Positions 57,280 through 64,000 of a DNA stretch of 64,000 bases are shown here, piece after piece. The stretch is from an uncultured Bacilli bacterium (lineage in GTDB: Bacteria; Bacillota_I; Bacilli_A; RF39; UBA660), in the NCBI GenBank assembly GCA_934098705.1, contig CAKOPC010000002.1, positions 158,457 to 222,456 on the forward strand. The letters run 5' to 3'. Position numbers and translations under genes: made by a program. The first letter of the stretch is position 1; the number at the start of each line of letters is the position of its first letter. The notes beneath the pieces were generated by a model, which was given only the letters and a program-made list of their open reading frames with translations, was not told where the DNA came from and ran no database searches.

Positions 57280-59733
57280 TTAATTATTATTTTCTTCAGT
57301 ATTATCAAATACCTCTTCTTCTTCTTTTTCAGTAATAGTAACTGATGTAACAGTTTGATTTTCCTTTAGTGAAATTAATCTAACACCTTGAGTATTTCTC
57401 TTTAATGTAGAAATTTTATTAATATCAAGTCTTATAACAATACCATTATTTGTTGTTATAATTGCATCTTCATCACCATCTATTGATTTAAATGCTACCA
57501 AATGTCCATTTTTATCAGTAATGTTTAATCCTTTAACACCCTTACTACCTCTATGTGTTAAACGATATTCTAAAACATTTGTTCGCTTTCCGTAACCCTT
57601 TTCTGTAATGATTAAAATCATTTTATCTTTATTAACAATTTCAGCTCCTACAACAACTTCATCTTCTTTTATATCAATTCCTTTAACACCAGAAGCACTT
57701 CTACCCATTAAACGAACTTCATCTTCAGTAAATCTTACCATTCTACCATTATTTGAAGCCATTATTACTTCATCAATACCAGAAGTCTTACAAACACTTA
57801 TTAATTCATCATCATCTTTTAAAGTTATAGCTATTTTACCAGTTTTTCTTATTAAATCAAATTCTTCTGTTGGAGTACGTTTTACAAGACCTTTTTTAGT
57901 AAAGAATATTAAACTTAAAGGTTTATCCTCATTTTTATCACTATAATTAATAATTGACCTAATACTTTCACCCTTATCTAACTGTAAAAGATTAATTATA
58001 GGTATTCCCTTAGATTGTCTACTAAATTCTGGAATTTCATAACCCTTAATTCTATAAACTCTACCATAATTACTAAAGAATAAAATATAATCATGTGAAC
58101 TACATGTTATAAGTTGTTCTACATAGTCCTCTTCATTTGTTGTCATACCTTTTATTCCAACACCACCACGGTTTTGTGATTTATAAGTATTTACAAGCAA
58201 ACGTTTTATATATCCCTTACTTGTAAGAGAAATCATTATTTTTTCTTCAGGAATTAATGACTCATCCTCTATATAATCAATAGCTGTCATATCAATATTA
58301 GTACGACGTTCATCTGCATATTTTTCTTTTATTTCAAGTAATTCACTCTTAATTATACCAAGTACCTTTTCATCACTTGCTAATATTGAATTTAATTCAT
58401 CTATTAATTTTAACAATTCTTGTAATTCATTTTCAACTTTATCACGTTCAAGACCTGTTAAACGACGTAATTTCATTTCCAAAATAGCATCAGCTTGAAT
58501 TTCTGTTAAACCAAAATTACTAATTAATCCTTGTTTTGCAATTTCATCAGTTTTTGATTCACGAATAAGTTTAATTACGGCATCAATATGATCAAGTGCT
58601 ATTTTTAAGCCTTCTAAAATATGAACTCTAGCTTGAGCTTTACTTAAATCAAACCTTGTCCTACGAATTATTACTTCTCTTTGGAAATCAATATACTTTG
58701 AGATTATATCCTTTAAACATAAAGTTTTAGGAGTACCATTATCAAGCATTAAGAATATAATTCCATATGTTGTTTGAAAAGCAGTATGCTTATATAATTT
58801 ATTTAAAATAACCTGTGGATTAGCATCTTTTTTCAAAGTAATTGTTATTTTAATACCATTTTTTAAATCACTATGATAATCAGTTATACCATCTATTGTT
58901 TTGTTATGAACTAACTCTGCAACCTTATTTTTTAATTCTGATGTATTAACACCATATGGTACTTCATCTATTATAATATAATGTTTTCCATTTTTTTCCT
59001 CTATTGTAGCTTTACTTCTTATAGTAATACTACCTCTTCCTGTTTCATATGCCTTTTTAATACCACTATTACCTAAAATAGTTGCTCCGGTTGGAAAATC
59101 AGGTCCTTTTATAAACTTCATTAAACCATCTGTATCTATATCAGGATTGTCTATATAAGCTACACAACCATCAATTACTTCACCTAAATTATGAGGTGGT
59201 ATATTAGTTGCCATACCAACTGCTATTCCCATTGTTCCATTTACTAATATATTAGGAAACCTTGATGGTAAAACAGAAGGTTCTTTTTCTGAATCATCAA
59301 AGTTTGGAACAAAATCAACCGTATCCTTATTTATATTTCTTAAAAGTTCAAGTGATATTTTTGATAAACGAGATTCTGTATAACGCATTGCAGCAGCTCC
59401 ATAACCTTCTATATTACCAAAATTACCATGTCCATCAACTAACATATGTCTGTAAGAAAAATCCTGTGCCATTCTTACCATAGCTTCATAAATTGAACTA
59501 TCACCATGTGGATGATATTTACCCATTACATCTCCAACTATTCTTGCACTTTTTTTATGAGGTTTATCAGGTGTATATCCAGATTCATACATAGAATATA
59601 AAATTCTTCTATGTACTGGCTTTAAACCATCTCTTAAATCAGGTAAAGCACGAGCAATGATAACACTCATTGAATAGTCCAAAAATGAATCTTTTACTTC
59701 TTTTACTATATTATTTTTTTCTAAACGATCCAT
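57280..59733 (-). CDS. gyrA: DNA gyrase subunit A
   Basis: The active-site region is AAMRYTE. The QRDR region [16 protein letters not shown], the GyrA-box and an acidic C-terminal tail are present. Confidence 0.97.
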   Translation of the reverse strand: MDRLEKNNIVKEVKDSFLDYSMSVIIARALPDLRDGLKPVHRRILYSMYESGYTPDKPHKKSARIVGDVMGKYHPHGDSSIYEAMVRMAQDFSYRHMLVDGHGNFGNIEGYGAAAMRYTESRLSKISLELLRNINKDTVDFVPNFDDSEKEPSVLPSRFPNILVNGTMGIAVGMATNIPPHNLGEVIDGCVAYIDNPDIDTDGLMKFIKGPDFPTGATILGNSGIKKAYETGRGSITIRSKATIEEKNGKHYIIIDEVPYGVNTSELKNKVAELVHNKTIDGITDYHSDLKNGIKITITLKKDANPQVILNKLYKHTAFQTTYGIIFLMLDNGTPKTLCLKDIISKYIDFQREVIIRRTRFDLSKAQARVHILEGLKIALDHIDAVIKLIRESKTDEIAKQGLISNFGLTEIQADAILEMKLRRLTGLERDKVENELQELLKLIDELNSILASDEKVLGIIKSELLEIKEKYADERRTNIDMTAIDYIEDESLIPEEKIMISLTSKGYIKRLLVNTYKSQNRGGVGIKGMTTNEEDYVEQLITCSSHDYILFFSNYGRVYRIKGYEIPEFSRQSKGIPIINLLQLDKGESIRSIINYSDKNEDKPLSLIFFTKKGLVKRTPTEEFDLIRKTGKIAITLKDDDELISVCKTSGIDEVIMASNNGRMVRFTEDEVRLMGRSASGVKGIDIKEDEVVVGAEIVNKDKMILIITEKGYGKRTNVLEYRLTHRGSKGVKGLNITDKNGHLVAFKSIDGDEDAIITTNNGIVIRLDINKISTLKRNTQGVRLISLKENQTVTSVTITEKEEEEVFDNTEENNN

Positions 59734-59748
59734 AAACTTACCTCCCTA

Positions 59749-62767
<3,019 letters not shown>

Positions 62768-62878
62768 GTAATTTTCCTAAAAAGCCCTCATTTTGCTCCA
62801 TCTCCCCTAAACTAGTACTCCACTACTTACATAATAATTATACCACAAAAACGGCAAAAAGAAGCAATAAAATGTATT

Positions 62879-63346
62879 TTATTCTTCTTTTTTTAGACTT
62901 GTTCTAACATTTAATACAGAATTTAAAAGTGATGCTTTAACCATTTGATTATATATTTGATTATATGGTATTCTTATAATAAATTTTTTACCAGTTTTAA
63001 AAAGTATAAGCGTATTTTTATCCTTTTTTTTAAGTTCTAAAATATTATTAAAAGCAATCCACATATTATTAGATAATCTAGGAGATGTTGTTGGAAAAAA
63101 CGTTATATTATTTCTTTCATCTATTATAATTGGTGTTTTATATATTTTTCCAAGCAAATTTTTACTACCTTCTATCCTCCCATTATAAGAACTACCATAA
63201 AATTTACAACTATCATTAACTATTGTATAAATATCACAGTTTACTCTGTATTCTTTATTATTTTCAATAACTTTTGTCACTGTTTGCTTTAATGGCACTA
63301 AAGCACAAGTATTTTCATTAATCAAATAACCCATAAAATCCCCCAA
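62879..63346 (-). CDS. comK: ComK-family competence transcription factor homolog
   Basis: CKFYGSSYNGRIEGS is close to B. subtilis ComK CRFFGSSYAGRKAGT. KTPIIIDERNNITFFPTTSP is close to KPPIMVDPSNQIFLFPTLSS. IRIPYNQIYNQMVKASLL is close to LPISYNSFENQVYRTAWL. Confidence 0.65.
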   Translation of the reverse strand: MGDFMGYLINENTCALVPLKQTVTKVIENNKEYRVNCDIYTIVNDSCKFYGSSYNGRIEGSKNLLGKIYKTPIIIDERNNITFFPTTSPRLSNNMWIAFNNILELKKKDKNTLILFKTGKKFIIRIPYNQIYNQMVKASLLNSVLNVRTSLKKEE

Positions 63347-63415
63347 TATAAGTAAAAAATTGTAATAAAAAAGTATTACGAAATAATCATAATACTTTAA
63401 TTTGTAAAAATTTGT

Positions 63416-64000
63416 CTAATTATCTTTATTTTTGCCAATTATTTGAATTATTCTTAAAAATAAATTTATATAATCAAGGTATATTTGAAAAGCTGCATAT
63501 ATAGCTCCTTTACTATCACCATACATATAATTCGAATTAGGTAATACATGATTAACATCATACGCTGTAAACATTAGAAATACTATAATTCCTACTATGT
63601 TAATAACAAAGTCTATATTTTGACTTCCAATAAATATATTAACAATAGTTGTTATTATAATTCCTAAAAGTGCAAAGAGTAAATAAATACCCCATTTTGT
63701 TAAATCTCTTTTAGTAAAATAACCATATAATGCAAGTAATAAAAATAATATTGAAGTTATTAAAAATACAAATATTATTGATGACATATTATATAGTAAA
63801 AATATTGATGATAATGTAAATCCTGTTGTAAACGAATAAAGTATATAACATGCATAAGCAAGAAATGTTGGCATCTTAGAAAGCAGAAAATTAAAGACAA
63901 TAACTATTCCTATTTCTAATAATAATATAAACAAAAGTGAAGTACTTGAAAACATTTTTATTATAAGTTCTGGATTTAATGATACACAGTAACCTGTTAA
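63416..64000 (-). CDS. Bax-inhibitor-1/YccA family membrane protein. Partial: the ORF stays open upstream of the annotated Met to the window end.
   Basis: It has multiple transmembrane helices and a basic C-terminus (IIGKNKDN). The frame stays open (LTGYCVSLNPELIIK) from 64000 down to the Met at 63955. Confidence 0.5.
   Translation of the reverse strand, partial: LTGYCVSLNPELIIKMFSSTSLLFILLLEIGIVIVFNFLLSKMPTFLAYACYILYSFTTGFTLSSIFLLYNMSSIIFVFLITSILFLLLALYGYFTKRDLTKWGIYLLFALLGIIITTIVNIFIGSQNIDFVINIVGIIVFLMFTAYDVNHVLPNSNYMYGDSKGAIYAAFQIYLDYINLFLRIIQIIGKNKDN

Noticed and set aside
54983-57280. CRISPR array interpretation of the repeated 20-mer
   Set aside because: The repeats are perfect full-length palindromes. 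The spacing is irregular (120-600 bp) rather than 25-40 bp. A conserved gene (tadA) lies inside the array. There is no cas gene nearby. The sequence matches the parS consensus.
54883-57280. DnaA-box cluster / oriC interpretation of the non-coding region next to gyrA
   Set aside because: The repeated element is TGTTCCACGTGGAACA, not the DnaA box TTATCCACA. I found no cluster of TTATCCACA-like 9-mers. dnaA and dnaN are not in the window.

Overview
The window is a 64 kb stretch of a very AT-rich chromosome (about 25% GC, standard genetic code) from an endospore-forming Firmicute. That identification rests on the yabG, veg, spoVG, spoVT, bofA, yabP/yabQ, gerQ and sipW genes. The backbone is the conserved origin-proximal gene set of Bacillus/Clostridium chromosomes, almost entirely on the minus strand:
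- replication and DNA-topology genes: recF, gyrB, gyrA, tadA, dnaX, ybaB, recR, bofA, holB, yaaT;
- pth, mfd, spoVT, then a T-box leader followed by dut and metS, then yabD;
- ksgA, yabG, veg, spoVG, then yabP, yabQ, divIC, tilS, ftsH;
- dusB, then secE, nusG, rplK, rplA, rplJ, rplL, ybxB, rpoB, rpoC;
- further on, dnaB (helicase), rplI, a DHH phosphoesterase, yycJ and rlmH;
- ung, a PduL phosphotransacylase and a class A PBP near the window start.

Two things stand out against this housekeeping background.

1. The roughly 2.4 kb of non-coding DNA that flanks tadA, between dnaX and gyrA, is a dense array of Spo0J/ParB-type parS palindromes. There are ten copies of TGTTCCACGTGGAACA and one of TGTTCCACGTGAAACA. 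Interleaved with them are three exact Noc-binding-site palindromes (TATTTCCCGGGAAATA). The sites are organised as diverged copies of a parS-NBS-parS module. This composite centromere-like cluster is exceptionally compact.

2. An accessory locus sits between yabD and ksgA. It holds a SipW-type signal peptidase and at least five paralogous secreted proteins carrying TasA/camelysin-style SipW-cognate signal peptides. Two more paralogs lie elsewhere in the window. The one at the window start has a G10 homopolymer just after its start codon, which is a candidate phase-variation tract.

Smaller oddities are an HNH-like gene wedged between nusG and rplK, an L11 with an acidic C-terminal extension, a ComK homolog next to recF, and no recognisable SRP RNA gene at the usual site between tadA and dnaX.
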